This document shows positions 42,938-55,108 of a stretch of DNA of 64,000 nt, piece by piece (within the stretch, counting starts at the first letter, position 1; every line of letters starts with the position of its first letter). Under the pieces are notes generated by a model. That model was given only the letters and a program-made list of their open reading frames with translations, did no database searches and was not told the DNA's origin. A program made the translations under genes and the position numbers. Source of the DNA: an uncultured Helicobacteraceae bacterium (GTDB taxonomy: Bacteria; Campylobacterota; Campylobacteria; Campylobacterales; Sulfurimonadaceae); contig CAVYYS010000007.1 of assembly GCA_963772795.1 (NCBI GenBank), positions 953,350 through 1,017,349 of the forward strand, read 5' to 3'.

Positions 42938-43873
42938 ATGTCTTTGTTTCAAGCCATTGAAAAAGCTGAACATATCGTCGTGATCGCTCATATCAACCCC
43001 GATGCCGACTCGCTTGGTTCGGCATCGGCAATGTACACGTACCTGCTGCGCCTGGAGAAAAAAGTAACCCTTTTTTGCGCGACGCAACGCGTTGACCCCC
43101 GTTTGGCTTTTTTACCGTGGTTTGATAGAATGCGCCATCAATTTCCCGCCAAAGCCGATCTTGCGATCAGTTTCGATTGCGGGGCCTATAAGCGTCTTGG
43201 TGTTGAGCCTGGGTGTACGTTGATCAACGTGGATCATCATCAAAGCAATGAACTTTACGGTGATATAAATATCATTGATGTCACTGCGATCAGTACGACG
43301 CAGGTGCTTTTTGATACGTTTAGGGCCGGACAGGTAAAGATCAATCCTAAAATGGCAACGGCACTTTATGCCGGGCTCCTGGATGATTCGCACGGTTTTT
43401 TAGCCTATAAGACCGATGCAAGGTCTTTTACGATGGCAGCCGAACTTGTGATTGCGAAAGCGGATATCGCAAGCTGTGGCGATGCGCTCTTTCGACGCCA
43501 TTCACTGGCCGCTTTGCGGCTTAAAGGGATGATGTTTGAAAAGATGCAGCTTCTGTCAGATGCGAGATTGGTGGTCCATCTTGTCTCTGCCGAGATGTTG
43601 GCGATGAGCGGTGCGCGTGAAGTGGACTGCGAAGCGGCGCTTGAGGAGAGTATGGGACTGCCCCATGCCGAGATCGCACTGATGCTGCGTGAAAACAGAA
43701 ACGGCACGATCAAAGGGTCACTGCGTTCAAACAGTGATATCGATGTCGAGCGTATTGCAAGGATTTTTGGCGGGGGCGGGCACAAACATGCTGCCGGTTT
43801 TGATCTCAAAAACAGGGCGCTTCAAGAGTTGTACGATGAAGTGGTCATCATAATAAAAGAGGAGTTTAGATGA
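42938..43873 (+). CDS. DHH family phosphoesterase (NrnA-like)
   Basis: HINPDADSLGS, VDHH, GGGGHKHAAG. Confidence 0.92.
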   Translation: MSLFQAIEKAEHIVVIAHINPDADSLGSASAMYTYLLRLEKKVTLFCATQRVDPRLAFLPWFDRMRHQFPAKADLAISFDCGAYKRLGVEPGCTLINVDHHQSNELYGDINIIDVTAISTTQVLFDTFRAGQVKINPKMATALYAGLLDDSHGFLAYKTDARSFTMAAELVIAKADIASCGDALFRRHSLAALRLKGMMFEKMQLLSDARLVVHLVSAEMLAMSGAREVDCEAALEESMGLPHAEIALMLRENRNGTIKGSLRSNSDIDVERIARIFGGGGHKHAAGFDLKNRALQELYDEVVIIIKEEFR

Positions 43874-45234
43874 GAAGAAGAAGAAATTTTGGTTCGATGA
43901 TATTTACGGTTGCACTGATAGCGATTATTGGCGGTGTGGTCTATCTCTATAACTCGGCTATGTTTGAACGTGATAAACCGACTATACAAATAGTAAACAG
44001 CGGCTATTGGAATCTGACGGCTCCGCTGAAGATCAAGATCGATGATGCAAGCGGCCTGCTCTCTTACAAGGTGACACTTCAGAGCGGTTCTCAGAGCTTT
44101 GACCTGGCTGACGAACAGTTCGTTTCGCCTCAGGGAAGTCAGGAGCTGGAGATCAAAGCGCCTCAACGTGCTTATGCCCTGAACGATGATACGGTCAAGA
44201 TCACTGTGGAAGCCAAAGATGCCAGCAAGTGGAACTTCTTCGCCGGCAATACAGCTACGCAGGAGAGTACATTCCAGGTGGACAAAAAGCGTCCCTATGT
44301 GTCAACTATTTCCGCTTCATACCGTATTATCAAGGGCGGCGCCGCTGTTGTCATCTTCAAGGCTGAAGATGAGAATATGGAAGAGTTTTATGTGGAGACC
44401 AATTTCGGCAAACGTTTTATTCCTCAGCCCTTCTATAAAGAGGGGTACTATGTGACACTGCTGGCCTGGCCGGTCACGGAGGAGAGTTTTCATGCAACGA
44501 TTATTGCGCGAGACAGAGCCGGTAATGTTACCCAATCGGCGGTACCGGTCATTCCCTATAACAAGAACTATAAACTCTCCCATATCAAATTAAGCGACAA
44601 TTTCTTAAACGGCAAGGTCTCTGAACTTGCCAATGCCTACGGTGTCGATCAAAATGCCGATCTGATCGGACGTTTTAAATTTGTCAATGAAGAGATGCGT
44701 AAAAAGAATGAGAAAGTCATTCAGGATATCACCTCAAAAGTCAGTGATACGATGGTAAACAGCTTTCCGATCAACAAGATGTACCCGTTAAAAAACGGAG
44801 CGGTCGTTGCACAATTCGGCGATCACCGCATCTATTCGTATAAAGGCAAAGAGGTCTCGGAAGCGTACCACCTGGGACTCGACCTGGCAAGCAACGCGAT
44901 GTCGCCGATCTTGACGCAAAACCCGGCTGTTGTCGCATTTGCGCAGGAAAACGGCATCTACGGCAATATGCCGGTGCTCTACCACGGTCTCGGTCTCTAT
45001 ACGCTCTACGGACACTGTTCGAGCGTATTGGTCAAAGAGGGAGAGTCCCTCCACTCCAATGAGACGATAGCCAAATCGGGACGAAGCGGTTATGCGATGG
45101 GTGATCATCTTCACTTCGGCGTGCTGGTCCAAGGGATAGAGGTCCGCCCGCAGGAGTGGATGGATCAGGATTGGATCCGCAAAAGCATTACCGACCCCAT
45201 GCGTGATGCGAGAAAGCTGATCAATCAACAATAA
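43870..45234 (+). CDS. M23 family metallopeptidase
   Basis: N-terminal TM, HLGLD, YGH, HLHF. Confidence 0.92.
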   Translation: MRRRRNFGSMIFTVALIAIIGGVVYLYNSAMFERDKPTIQIVNSGYWNLTAPLKIKIDDASGLLSYKVTLQSGSQSFDLADEQFVSPQGSQELEIKAPQRAYALNDDTVKITVEAKDASKWNFFAGNTATQESTFQVDKKRPYVSTISASYRIIKGGAAVVIFKAEDENMEEFYVETNFGKRFIPQPFYKEGYYVTLLAWPVTEESFHATIIARDRAGNVTQSAVPVIPYNKNYKLSHIKLSDNFLNGKVSELANAYGVDQNADLIGRFKFVNEEMRKKNEKVIQDITSKVSDTMVNSFPINKMYPLKNGAVVAQFGDHRIYSYKGKEVSEAYHLGLDLASNAMSPILTQNPAVVAFAQENGIYGNMPVLYHGLGLYTLYGHCSSVLVKEGESLHSNETIAKSGRSGYAMGDHLHFGVLVQGIEVRPQEWMDQDWIRKSITDPMRDARKLINQQ

Positions 45235-45300
45235 TAATTATTAGCTATAATACTACAAGAATAACTTCATATAGAGTGGAGCCTTTGATAAAGGATAGGT

Positions 45301-46185
45301 GTGACACAGACGACAATTAAAAAAGCGGTAGAACTGGTCGGGATAGGCCTGCACAAGGGTAATCCTGTGCGTCTGCGGCTGGAACCGCTTGAAGCCAACA
45401 GCGGTATCATCTTTTACCGCAAAGATGTCGGGGTCTCCATTCCGCTTAAACCAGAGAATGTTGTTGATACCAAGATGGCGACGGTGATCGGGCGCGAAGG
45501 GCATTTTATCTCAACGATCGAACATCTGCTCTCAGCTGTTTATGCCTATGGGATCGATAACCTCCGCGTCATTGTCGATGCGGATGAGGTGCCGGTAATG
45601 GATGGTTCAAGTGCCAGTTTCTGCATCTTGCTGGATGAAGCGGGTATTCAAAACCTGAATATGCCTAAGAAGATCATCCGTATCAAAAAAGAGGTCAGTG
45701 TCAAAGAGGGCGACAAATATGTCAAATTGATGCCTTCGAACGATTTGAAATATGACTTTACGATCAAATTCAAGCACCCGGTTATTGACAAACAGAGCTT
45801 TGTGCTGAACTTTAACAAGATCAACTACAAAAAAGAGATCGCGCGTGCACGTACATTCGGCTTTTTGCATGAGATGCAGTACCTGCAGTCAAAGGGGCTG
45901 GCACTGGGGGCCAGTCTTGATAACGCCATCGGTCTGGATGACAAAAAAGTGATGAACCCTGAAGGTCTGCGCTACACCGATGAGTTTGTACGACACAAAA
46001 TCCTGGATGCCATCGGTGACATGTCGCTGCTCGGACTCAATTTTATCGGCTCGTATGAAGCTTTTGCGGGCAGCCATGACCTTAATCATAAGCTTACATT
46101 GGCACTTTTAAAAGATCCTGAGAGCTTTGAAGTGGTCGAACTCTCCGGCGAGCAAGAGCGGGAGATGGCAAAAGCCTATGCATGA
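45301..46185 (+). CDS. lpxC: UDP-3-O-acyl-N-acetylglucosamine deacetylase
   Basis: GIGLHKG, TIEHLLSA, MDGSS, ARTFGF, RHKILDAIGD. Confidence 0.97.
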   Translation: MTQTTIKKAVELVGIGLHKGNPVRLRLEPLEANSGIIFYRKDVGVSIPLKPENVVDTKMATVIGREGHFISTIEHLLSAVYAYGIDNLRVIVDADEVPVMDGSSASFCILLDEAGIQNLNMPKKIIRIKKEVSVKEGDKYVKLMPSNDLKYDFTIKFKHPVIDKQSFVLNFNKINYKKEIARARTFGFLHEMQYLQSKGLALGASLDNAIGLDDKKVMNPEGLRYTDEFVRHKILDAIGDMSLLGLNFIGSYEAFAGSHDLNHKLTLALLKDPESFEVVELSGEQEREMAKAYA

Positions 46186-46630
46186 CCTGGTTGTCATCGC
46201 ACTGACCCCGCCGCTGATGATCGGCGTCTATAAAGACAGAAAACTCATTGAGACGATAAAAAGTGATGAACGCAGTTCCGAGATCCTGCCCGAGATCTTT
46301 AAAGAGCTGCTGTCACGTTTTACGATAGGACATATTGTCTATGCCAAAGGCCCGGGCAGTTTTATGGCGATCAAGGTGAGCTATATTTTTTTACGTACGC
46401 TCTGTATTGTCAAAAATATAGCCCTTTTGGCAACAGATGCTTTTTACTTTAACAACAATGCCCCTATCAAAGCGGTTGGAAAGCTCTATTTTGTTAAAAA
46501 TACGGATATGATTGAGACGCAGAGTTTCAGTGAAGTGCCTTTAATGGAATTTACTCTGCCCCAAGATTTAAAATTAGAAGATTTTAGTGAAGAAACTGCG
46601 CCTTTTTACGGCATCGGCGCGGTTGGATAA
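46178..46630 (+). CDS. TsaB-like (glycoprotease family) protein, short Campylobacterota form
   Basis: [10 protein letters not shown] motif; lpxC-thrB synteny. Confidence 0.75.
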   Translation: MHDLVVIALTPPLMIGVYKDRKLIETIKSDERSSEILPEIFKELLSRFTIGHIVYAKGPGSFMAIKVSYIFLRTLCIVKNIALLATDAFYFNNNAPIKAVGKLYFVKNTDMIETQSFSEVPLMEFTLPQDLKLEDFSEETAPFYGIGAVG

Positions 46631-46641
46631 GGACCTATATA

Positions 46642-47523
46642 GTGACAATAAGCGTACCGGCTACCAGTGCAAATTTAGGACCTGGATTTGACTCTTTGGG
46701 ATTGGCGGTAGATCTGCGCAATCGTGTCGAGTTTACTCCATCGCGTTTTTTAAGTGTCAGTATCAAAGGGGAGGGTGAAGGCAACCCGCGTCTTAAAGGC
46801 AACAACCTATTCGTCAGCATCTTTAACGACCATTATAAACGCCTGACGACCAAGCGTCAAAACTTTAAGTTTACTTTCTATAACAACATTCCGCTTTCGC
46901 GCGGTTTGGGCAGCTCCTCCGCCGTGATCGTCGCGGCGATCGCAACAGCGCATGAAGCGGCCGGTGTACGTGTGTCGAAACGCCGTATTCTGAACCACGC
47001 CCTTGTGTACGAATCGCATCCTGACAACATTACGCCCGCCGTAATGGGAGGCTTCAACGTGGCCACAGTGGAAAAGCAGAAGGTCTTTTCACAGAAAAAG
47101 CACCTGCCTGATTACATCAAAGCGGTTGTCGTGATTCCGAACAAACCCATTTCAACGGCGAAATCCAGAACATTGCTGCCGCGATCCTATTCCAAGGAAA
47201 ATGCTGTTTTTAACCTCTCCCATGCGGCATTGACCGTTGCCGCATTTTTTAACGAAGACTGGGAGATGCTGCGTCTTGCCACCCAGGACCGTTTTCATCA
47301 AAAAGTGCGTATGAAGATGCTTCCCGAGCTTTTTGCAATTCAAAAGACAGCCTATGAGGAAGGTGCCCTGATGAGCACACTTTCAGGTTCAGGCTCAACT
47401 TTTTTCTCTATGGTCTATGATGAAGATGCGCAGAAGCTCCATGAGATCTTTGCAAAACAATATCCGGATTATATGGTGAAGACCTTGGATTTTGATAACG
47501 ATGGAATCATTACCGAGCGTTAA
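46642..47523 (+). CDS. thrB: homoserine kinase
   Basis: [33 protein letters not shown]. Confidence 0.96.
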   Translation: MTISVPATSANLGPGFDSLGLAVDLRNRVEFTPSRFLSVSIKGEGEGNPRLKGNNLFVSIFNDHYKRLTTKRQNFKFTFYNNIPLSRGLGSSSAVIVAAIATAHEAAGVRVSKRRILNHALVYESHPDNITPAVMGGFNVATVEKQKVFSQKKHLPDYIKAVVVIPNKPISTAKSRTLLPRSYSKENAVFNLSHAALTVAAFFNEDWEMLRLATQDRFHQKVRMKMLPELFAIQKTAYEEGALMSTLSGSGSTFFSMVYDEDAQKLHEIFAKQYPDYMVKTLDFDNDGIITER

Positions 47524-47573
47524 GACGCCGGGATTTGAAACAACTCCATATATTGAAGGAAGATTAAGGTATA

Positions 47574-47837
47574 ATGGCGCCCAATGTAAACTATCCCCAA
47601 CGAATGTGCGTTACTTGCCGCGGACGTTTTGAACAGAAAGCTCTGTTCCGCTTACAATGCAAGGAACAACATCTAAGTTTTCACAGTGGGATTGGACGGA
47701 GTTTTTATCTCTGTTCCACCTGTATAGAAGACGAAAAAAAAGTTACCCGGTCCTTGGCTCGGGTATGTAAGAGTGGGGATATGAAGTACCTTTCGACCCA
47801 ATTAAAGGAGATCATCGCTGATGTCAGACAAAGTTAG
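47574..47837 (+). CDS. DUF448/YlxR family protein
   Basis: PQRMCVTCR...GRSFYLC; directly upstream of infB. Confidence 0.85.
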   Translation: MAPNVNYPQRMCVTCRGRFEQKALFRLQCKEQHLSFHSGIGRSFYLCSTCIEDEKKVTRSLARVCKSGDMKYLSTQLKEIIADVRQS

Positions 47838-50448
47838 AGTGCACGAGATTGCTAAAGAGCTCGGTATAAATTCAAAAGAGGTTGTAGAAAAAGCTGCAGA
47901 GATGGGCTTGGATATAAAAACAGCCTCATCATCTGTATCGATGAACGATGCCGAACAGATCATGAATTTTATCATGAACGGCGCACCGGCTCCCGCACCT
48001 GCACAACCTAAAGTTATCGTTAAAAAAATGTCGAAAACAGAGGAAGAAGCTCCGAGCAAAGAAGAAAAACCGGCTGTAGAAGAGAAAAAAGAGCCTGCAG
48101 CACAAGAAAAAGAGAGTGCTTCAGAGAGCAGACCTCAAGAACAGGCTGAGGCAAAGCCGGAGTCCAAAGAGAAGCCGACAAAGACTGAAGACAAAAAAAC
48201 TGAGACAAAACCGGAGGTCGGACCGAAAGTAGTTGCGCCGATCAAACGTTCCGGACTTACGATCGTTAAAAAGAAAAAGCCAAAGGTCGATCCTAATGCC
48301 GCCGCCGCCACAGCTTCTTCGGCTGCCGCGAGACTCTCTACTTACGGTAAGGTGAGCGAAGATGCACTAAAAGAGCTTGCTGAGCGAAAGACAAAAAAGA
48401 GACAAAAAGGTGCGCCGACTTCCAAAAAGTCTCAAGGGCAATCACTCGATATCTTCGGTGGCAGCATGTCTGACGTCTCAATGGATTATGAAGAGGACCA
48501 AGTGGTTCTCCTGGATCTGAGTGAAGTCAACAAAGAAGAGTTGAAACCGGAAGAACCGCGTAAACCTCGTCAGCCTCGTCCGGCTGGCCGAAGCGGTGGA
48601 CCTAAGAAGCCAGGCGGGAATCGTCCTCGTCAGGTCTCTCGCGGTAAACGTCGTAAATATACCAAAGTGGTTGAAAATGAGGTTGTTACGCACGTAGAGA
48701 TCCCTGAAGATATTCGTGTTTACGAGTTTGCCGAAGCGCTCGGTCAAAGTATGTCTGATGTCATCAAGGTCCTTTTCGATCTTGGCAAGATGGTCACGAA
48801 AAATGATTTTCTCTCAAAAGATGAGATCGAGATCATTGCCGAAGAGTTTGGTGTTGAAGTAACAACGATCGACCCTAAAGATGCCTTTAACTATGAAAAT
48901 GAGTATGACGAAGCTGAAATAGCTGAAGATGCAAATATGAAAGAGCGTCCGCCGGTCATCACCATTATGGGCCACGTCGACCATGGTAAGACCTCATTGC
49001 TCGATGCGATCCGTAGTGCACGCGTCGCCAGCGGCGAAGCAGGCGGGATCACGCAGCACATCGGTGCTTACACGGTAGAACAGCGTGACAAAAAGATTAC
49101 CTTCCTTGATACTCCGGGTCACGCTGCGTTCTCCGCAATGCGTGCACGCGGTGCAGAGGTAACGGATATTATCATCATTGTTGTTGCAGCTGATGATGGC
49201 GTTAAACCGCAAACTGAAGAAGCGATCAAACACGCCAAAGAGTCAGGTGTACCTGTCATCGTTGCGGTGAACAAGATGGATAAAGAGTCTGCCAACCCGG
49301 AACTTGTCAAAGGCCAGATGGCTGAACGCGGGATCACGCCTGTTGATTGGGGCGGCGATACCGAGTTTGTACCGCTTTCTGCCAAAACAGGTGCGGGAAT
49401 AGAAGAGCTGCTCGATAATATCCTGTTGCTTGCAGAAGTACTTGAACTTAAAGCGAACCCTGAGGCAAAAGCCAAAGCGGTTGTTGTTGAAAGTACGGTT
49501 GAAAAAGGGCGCGGTCCGGTAGCCACTGTTATTGTGCAGAACGGTACGCTTAAAGTGGGCGACTATGTGGTATGTGGTGCCTCTTACGGTCGTGTCAAAG
49601 CGATGATCAATGATCAGAAAAAAATGATCAAGACCCTTTCTCCGTCAGAAACGGCTGTTGTTGTAGGACTAAACTCAGTCCCGCCTTCAGGTGAAGTAAT
49701 GATTGCCATGGATACCGATAAAGAGGCCCGTGAGCTGGCACAGAAACGTGCTGATTACGACCGTATGAAAGAGCTTTCCGCCAGTACAAAAACTTCGTTT
49801 GACGAGTTGACTGCACTGATCACGGAAGGCAAGCTCAAAGCGCTTAAAGTGGTTCTTAAAACAGACGTCCACGGTTCTCTCGAAGCGATCAAATCAAGCC
49901 TGAGCGAACTGCGTAACGAAGAGGTCAAAGTCGAGATCATCTCTTCCGGTGTCGGCGGTATTACCGAAAACGACGTTGAACTTGTTAACAACTCCGAGAA
50001 CTGCGTGCTGATCGGTTTTAACGTCCGTCCTACCGGCAGCGTGAAAGCGATTGCAAAACAGAAAGGTGTTGATATCAAGACCTACACGGTCATCTATCAG
50101 CTGATCGATGATATCACCGGCATGCTGACAGGTATGATGGCGCCTAAATATACGGAATCTCATTCAGGTCAAGCTGATGTCCGTGAAGTCTTCAAGATCC
50201 CTAAAGGGATGGTTGCAGGCTGTATCGTTGTTGACGGAAAAATGGTCCGCGGCGAACTTGTCCGTGTTATTCGCGACGGCGTTATTATCCATGAAGGTAC
50301 GCTTGATTCCCTTAAGCGCTTCAAAGACGATGTCAAAGAGGTCGGTAAAGGTCTTGAGTGTGGTGTCGTCCTTAGAGGTTACGAAGATGTCAAAGTCGGC
50401 GACGTCATCGAGACTTTTGTAAAAGTCGAGCAAAAAGTAGAACTTTGA
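47821..50448 (+). CDS. infB: translation initiation factor IF-2
   Basis: [40 protein letters not shown]. Confidence 0.98.
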   Translation: MSDKVRVHEIAKELGINSKEVVEKAAEMGLDIKTASSSVSMNDAEQIMNFIMNGAPAPAPAQPKVIVKKMSKTEEEAPSKEEKPAVEEKKEPAAQEKESASESRPQEQAEAKPESKEKPTKTEDKKTETKPEVGPKVVAPIKRSGLTIVKKKKPKVDPNAAAATASSAAARLSTYGKVSEDALKELAERKTKKRQKGAPTSKKSQGQSLDIFGGSMSDVSMDYEEDQVVLLDLSEVNKEELKPEEPRKPRQPRPAGRSGGPKKPGGNRPRQVSRGKRRKYTKVVENEVVTHVEIPEDIRVYEFAEALGQSMSDVIKVLFDLGKMVTKNDFLSKDEIEIIAEEFGVEVTTIDPKDAFNYENEYDEAEIAEDANMKERPPVITIMGHVDHGKTSLLDAIRSARVASGEAGGITQHIGAYTVEQRDKKITFLDTPGHAAFSAMRARGAEVTDIIIIVVAADDGVKPQTEEAIKHAKESGVPVIVAVNKMDKESANPELVKGQMAERGITPVDWGGDTEFVPLSAKTGAGIEELLDNILLLAEVLELKANPEAKAKAVVVESTVEKGRGPVATVIVQNGTLKVGDYVVCGASYGRVKAMINDQKKMIKTLSPSETAVVVGLNSVPPSGEVMIAMDTDKEARELAQKRADYDRMKELSASTKTSFDELTALITEGKLKALKVVLKTDVHGSLEAIKSSLSELRNEEVKVEIISSGVGGITENDVELVNNSENCVLIGFNVRPTGSVKAIAKQKGVDIKTYTVIYQLIDDITGMLTGMMAPKYTESHSGQADVREVFKIPKGMVAGCIVVDGKMVRGELVRVIRDGVIIHEGTLDSLKRFKDDVKEVGKGLECGVVLRGYEDVKVGDVIETFVKVEQKVEL

Positions 50449-50810
50449 CACCTGCCGAAATTAAACTAAAACGCTACGACTCCATTTTAGGCGAGCTCGT
50501 TCCCGAAGCGCTTTCGCAGCTCAACGACGCACGCCTGCGGGAGCTCGATGTTATCGAAGTACGCTGTTCCAAAGGTCGGAGTGATGCCAAGGTCTACCTG
50601 GACCCGCATGACTACACAGAGAAAGAACGTAGCGAATTTATTCGCCAGCTCGATAAAGCGCGTGCTATCATCGAAAACCATTGTATGAAAGACCAGGGGT
50701 GGTTCCGCTGTCCAAGACTGACCTTCGAATTTGACGATCAGTTGGAACAGAGTAAGAATATAGAAGAGCTGTTTAAACAGATCGCGAAGGAGAAGAGTGA
50801 TGAGTCTTGA
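50445..50810 (+). CDS. rbfA: ribosome-binding factor A
   Basis: [16 protein letters not shown]; follows infB. Confidence 0.9.
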   Translation: MTPAEIKLKRYDSILGELVPEALSQLNDARLRELDVIEVRCSKGRSDAKVYLDPHDYTEKERSEFIRQLDKARAIIENHCMKDQGWFRCPRLTFEFDDQLEQSKNIEELFKQIAKEKSDES

Positions 50811-51234
50811 ATCTGATATTAAAAGTGTAGTCGAATCGCTCGGTCTTAGACTCTACGACATCACAACCCTGAATGAAAATGACGAGACGATCTACCGCGT
50901 CAACATCTCGTCGCCGAACGAAGGCGGGGTCAAGATGGATCAGGTTGTCACGGTGACAAAACTGATCTCGCCGCTTCTGGACGTTACACCGCCGCTCCGC
51001 GGCGAGTACCGTCTCGAAGTGAGTTCTCCCGGTATAGAGCGCAGACTTAAGACCCTTTCGCACTTTGAATGCTCACTGGGTGAAAAAGTAAGAGTACAGA
51101 CCCTTGATAAAATAAAACTTCAAGGAACGCTGAAAAGTGTCGAGGGCGAGACGATCACCATCGAAACCGAAGAGGGTGAAAAGAGTATCTCTTTTAACGA
51201 CATCTCCAAAGCATCAACCTATTTTGAGTGGTAA
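50800..51234 (+). CDS. rimP: ribosome maturation factor RimP
   Basis: ISPLLDV, YRLEVSSPGIERRL. Confidence 0.93.
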   Translation: MSLESDIKSVVESLGLRLYDITTLNENDETIYRVNISSPNEGGVKMDQVVTVTKLISPLLDVTPPLRGEYRLEVSSPGIERRLKTLSHFECSLGEKVRVQTLDKIKLQGTLKSVEGETITIETEEGEKSISFNDISKASTYFEW

Positions 51235-51304
51235 GCCACGTGCTGCTCGCTCAAACTCCTTTAAAAATTCTCCTTCAAAAACATAAAAACAGAGAAACTT
51301 TGTA

Positions 51305-52318
51305 ATGCTGCTTCATGGTCCTTCCCCGATGCAGGTCGCTATTGATTCGGCGTGGGAATATCAGGGCCTCACTTTTCCAAACCCGGCTGTCGGATGTGCT
51401 GTCGTTGACAAACACGGCAAGATCATCTCGGTCGGTGTTCATGAAAAAGCAGGGGAGCCGCATGCAGAGGTCCATGCACTGCAGATGGCCTATTCTGTTT
51501 TGCGTGATGACAGTTCCGTTTTAGCGCTTATCTCTTCGGCCGAGATTCATGATTTTCTCAGTACAAATCACAACAATATTTTTGCCGACTGCACGCTTTA
51601 TGTGACACTTGAACCCTGTGCACACCATGGCAAAACGCCTTCGTGCGCCATGCTCATCAAGGCACTGGGGATCAAAAAGGTCGTTGTGGGGCATATCGAT
51701 CCGAACGCCGAGGCTGCAGGGGGTATCAGGATACTGAAAGAGAACGGCTGCGACGTCAAGATGGCAGAGTGCAGCAAGGCTGCGGCAGACCTTCTCAAAC
51801 CATTTATTGTCTGGCAGAAGAAGCCTTATGTCACGTTTAAATGGGCGCAACGGCTGGACGGGACAATAGACGGCGGGGTGATCTCTTCGCACGCCTCACG
51901 AGTCCATGTCCATGCCATGCGTGACGCGTGCGATTTGATTGTTATCGGCGGCGAGACGGTGCGCAGCGACAGACCGACACTCGACGCACGCCTGGTTGAC
52001 GGCAAAGTGTGTGATGTGCTCATCTATTCAAGAGATAAAGAGTTTGACAAGAGCATTCCGCTTTTCAGTGTTGAAGGCCGGGATGTCTATGTCGAGTCAT
52101 CGCTGGAGAGGATCAGCGGGTACAGAAATGTGCTGATTGAAGGCGGCCCCACGATGTTCGAAGCGACGAAAGATATCGTTGACAGCTACTTATGTTTTGT
52201 CGCACCCAAAAGCGGTGGTACAATACGTTTTACAAATTCTGAAAATGATTTCAAGATCCTCCATTCACAGACAAGCGGTTCTGACCTGATGTTGTGGATG
52301 CAACGAAAAAACCAGTAG
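51305..52318 (+). CDS. ribD: riboflavin biosynthesis deaminase/reductase
   Basis: PNPAVG, HAE, TLEPCAHHGKTPSC, IEGG. Confidence 0.95.
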   Translation: MLLHGPSPMQVAIDSAWEYQGLTFPNPAVGCAVVDKHGKIISVGVHEKAGEPHAEVHALQMAYSVLRDDSSVLALISSAEIHDFLSTNHNNIFADCTLYVTLEPCAHHGKTPSCAMLIKALGIKKVVVGHIDPNAEAAGGIRILKENGCDVKMAECSKAAADLLKPFIVWQKKPYVTFKWAQRLDGTIDGGVISSHASRVHVHAMRDACDLIVIGGETVRSDRPTLDARLVDGKVCDVLIYSRDKEFDKSIPLFSVEGRDVYVESSLERISGYRNVLIEGGPTMFEATKDIVDSYLCFVAPKSGGTIRFTNSENDFKILHSQTSGSDLMLWMQRKNQ

Positions 52319-52337
52319 AAAGAGTGTTATAAAAGAG

Positions 52338-53048
52338 ATGGAAAAACAAGAAAAAATCGTCAATATGTTCAACGACATCGCCCCGACATACGATAAAGCC
52401 AACCGTGTGATGAGTATGGGTGTTGACCGCAGCTGGCGGAAAAAAGGGTGTGACAAAGCCTTTGGCTACTATGGTCAAAATGAGATCGACCTGATCGTCG
52501 ACGTGGCCTGCGGTACAGGCGATATGATGGATTACTGGCGACGCCAAGCCGACAAAAACGGCATCAGGGTCGAGAAACTTTTGGGTGTTGACCCCTCAGA
52601 GGGCATGGTCGGCGTCGGCCGCAAGAAGTTTCCTGACTATGATTTTGTGATCGCGCCTGCGACAGCGATCCCCCTGGAAGATGCAAAGGCGGATATGCTC
52701 TCTATTTCTTACGGTATCCGCAATGTCGTTGAACGCCAGAAAGGGCTTGAAGAGTTTAACCGTGTACTGAAATCGGGGGGCATGGTCGTAATCCTGGAAT
52801 TCATGAAAAACGAACATCCTTCTCTGCTCGGCAGGGTACGCGACTTCTATATGAACAGGATCCTGCCGAAAGTAGGCGGTTTCATCTCCAAGAACCTTGA
52901 GGCATATGAGTATCTTCCCAACTCGATCGAGGGTTTTTTGACCGTTGCCAATATGCAGAAAGAGCTCGAAGAGGCCGGCTTTGAGATCATGTACACCGAG
53001 AGCTTTTCAATGGACATCTCGACGCTGATCATTGCTAGAAAAAAATAA
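52338..53048 (+). CDS. ubiE: UbiE/MenG demethylmenaquinone methyltransferase
   Basis: MFNDIAPTYD..N, DVACGTGD, YGIRNV, AYEYLPNSI. Confidence 0.93.
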   Translation: MEKQEKIVNMFNDIAPTYDKANRVMSMGVDRSWRKKGCDKAFGYYGQNEIDLIVDVACGTGDMMDYWRRQADKNGIRVEKLLGVDPSEGMVGVGRKKFPDYDFVIAPATAIPLEDAKADMLSISYGIRNVVERQKGLEEFNRVLKSGGMVVILEFMKNEHPSLLGRVRDFYMNRILPKVGGFISKNLEAYEYLPNSIEGFLTVANMQKELEEAGFEIMYTESFSMDISTLIIARKK

Positions 53049-53058
53049 CGTCTTTTTC

Positions 53059-54312
53059 ATGCAGCAAGCCATAACCGTTTCGACACTTAATGAACAGATC
53101 AAAGGGCTGTTAGAGAGCACCTTTGTGCGTGTCTATGTCGAAGGCGAACTCTCACGCATCACCCACCACAACAGCGGGCATGTCTACTTTACCCTTAAAG
53201 ATGCCGGTTCGGCGATCAGCGGCGTGATGTTCCGCGGCAACGCTTCCAAGCTGAAGTTCCGCCTGGAAGAGGGGCTCAAAGTGATTGTCGAAGGGGCGAT
53301 CACCGTCTATACACCGCGCGGAAGCTACCAGATCAATGCCTTCAATATCGAACCCGCAGGACACGGTGCACTGGCCCTGGCCTTCGAACAGCTGAAAACA
53401 AAGCTGAACGCACAGGGCTATTTCGCGCCAGAGATCAAAAAACCGATGCCGAAGTTTCCGAAGCGGATCGCGCTTGTCACCTCCGCTACGGGCGCCGCAC
53501 TTCAGGATATGCAGCGCGTTGCCGGGCACCGCTGGCCTCTGGCCCGGCTCTTTGTCTATGACACTGTTGTCCAGGGCGAGAATGCAGCACCTTCGATCGT
53601 CAATGCCATACAGGCGGCGGATAGTCAGGATTTTGATATTATCGTGGTGAGCCGCGGCGGCGGGAGTATGGAAGACCTTTGGGGCTTCAATGAAGAGATC
53701 GTAGCCAATGCCATCTTTGCAGCCAAGACCCCTGTCGTCTCCGCAGTCGGCCATGAGATCGATTGGCTGATCAGCGATTTTGTCGCCGATCTGCGGGCAC
53801 CGACGCCAAGTGCTGCGATGCAGATGATCCTGCCGGACCAGAACGAGCTGTTTCAGACCATCGATGTCCTGGGGGAGCAGTTTACCCGTAGCCTTCAGCA
53901 AAAACTCTACACCGCCGGCGAAAAGCTTACCCATCTCAAAAGTTCCTATCAACGTCACTCTATCGAACAGCGCATCAAGAACAGGCTTGAAGAGATCGTT
54001 CAGCTCAAAGCACGGTTTGATCAGAGTATCAACTTCGTTACCGAAAATGCCGCCCGCAGAGTTGCCCCGGTCGCCGAAAACCTGACACGTCAGGCAAACA
54101 GCAATATCGTACAGAGCCAAAACAGGCTTACGACACTTCTGCAGGCGCTTCAGGCTCAGGACCCCAGACTCAAAAGCAGAAAAGGGTACGCACAGGTCGC
54201 CAGAGAGGGCAAGGTGATCGACCTTTCCGAGCTGGCGGTCGGCGACAGCTTTGAAGCATTGGATGCTTCGCGAAGCGTTACCGCCGTTGTCGAAAAGATC
54301 ACACAGTTCTAG
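53059..54312 (+). CDS. xseA: exodeoxyribonuclease VII large subunit
   Basis: SGHVYFTLKD, RGGGSMEDL, SAVGHE, APTPSAA. Confidence 0.96.
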   Translation: MQQAITVSTLNEQIKGLLESTFVRVYVEGELSRITHHNSGHVYFTLKDAGSAISGVMFRGNASKLKFRLEEGLKVIVEGAITVYTPRGSYQINAFNIEPAGHGALALAFEQLKTKLNAQGYFAPEIKKPMPKFPKRIALVTSATGAALQDMQRVAGHRWPLARLFVYDTVVQGENAAPSIVNAIQAADSQDFDIIVVSRGGGSMEDLWGFNEEIVANAIFAAKTPVVSAVGHEIDWLISDFVADLRAPTPSAAMQMILPDQNELFQTIDVLGEQFTRSLQQKLYTAGEKLTHLKSSYQRHSIEQRIKNRLEEIVQLKARFDQSINFVTENAARRVAPVAENLTRQANSNIVQSQNRLTTLLQALQAQDPRLKSRKGYAQVAREGKVIDLSELAVGDSFEALDASRSVTAVVEKITQF

Positions 54313-54399
54313 AGGCGAGATCAGCTTTTATAACTTGTCCCAGGTCAAGCAGCGATTGTTTTCCATCTGTTATACTCAGACGAAAATTGAGGAGAGCCG

Positions 54400-55011
54400 A
54401 TGAATTATCCGGACTTTTTTGACACCGTTGAGACGATTGAGATGAAAGCCCCCCTCTCCGAACTGCTGGGCACCTTTACCGACGGCGATGTGACCTTTAG
54501 CTATCTCGATGTCGTGAAAGCGGCAGGCCACAGCTGCCCGACGGTCGGCGGGGCATACCTGATGACACTCAAAGCGATCAAAGCGCTTTATCCAGAAGGT
54601 AAGGCCATTCGCGGCAATATAAGCGTCGCCTTTGCCGAGTCGCAGGATGAAGGGGTTTCCGGCGTTATCGGCAATGTCGTCTCGCATATTACGGGGGCCG
54701 CAGGCATCGGCGGTTTCAAAGGAATTAACGGCAGGTTCGCACGCCACTCTCTGATGGACTTCGATGCAGCAGTACCTTCGAACGCCCGATTCACACGAGT
54801 GGACAACGGCGCCTGCGTGGATCTCTATTACAACCCGGACGCCGTGCCGCCGAAACCGGAGATGCAGCTTCTGATGCCCAAAGTGATGGCGGGCAAAGCA
54901 AGTGCAGAAGAGCTCAAGATTTTCGGTGAGCTCTGGCAGGAGAGGGTCGCGAGAATTCTGACCGAAAACAGCGATAACATGCAGATGATCCGTGTTGAGC
55001 ACTGCGCCTAG
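54400..55011 (+). CDS. FmdE-like protein
   Basis: AGHSCPTVGGAY resembles the FmdE HGHxCP metal site. Confidence 0.7.
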   Translation: MNYPDFFDTVETIEMKAPLSELLGTFTDGDVTFSYLDVVKAAGHSCPTVGGAYLMTLKAIKALYPEGKAIRGNISVAFAESQDEGVSGVIGNVVSHITGAAGIGGFKGINGRFARHSLMDFDAAVPSNARFTRVDNGACVDLYYNPDAVPPKPEMQLLMPKVMAGKASAEELKIFGELWQERVARILTENSDNMQMIRVEHCA

Positions 55012-55108
55012 TTTTTTTGCGCTGAAGAGCCCCCTTGTTGCGGGGCGATTTCGGGTTCCGGAGATGTAGTAGTATAATGTCGCATTAACTACATTTCAAA
55101 GAAGCCTC

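Noticed and set aside
47980-48330. Low-complexity E/K/P/A-rich stretch in infB
   Set aside because: Normal variable N-terminal region of IF-2, not a DNA repeat element.
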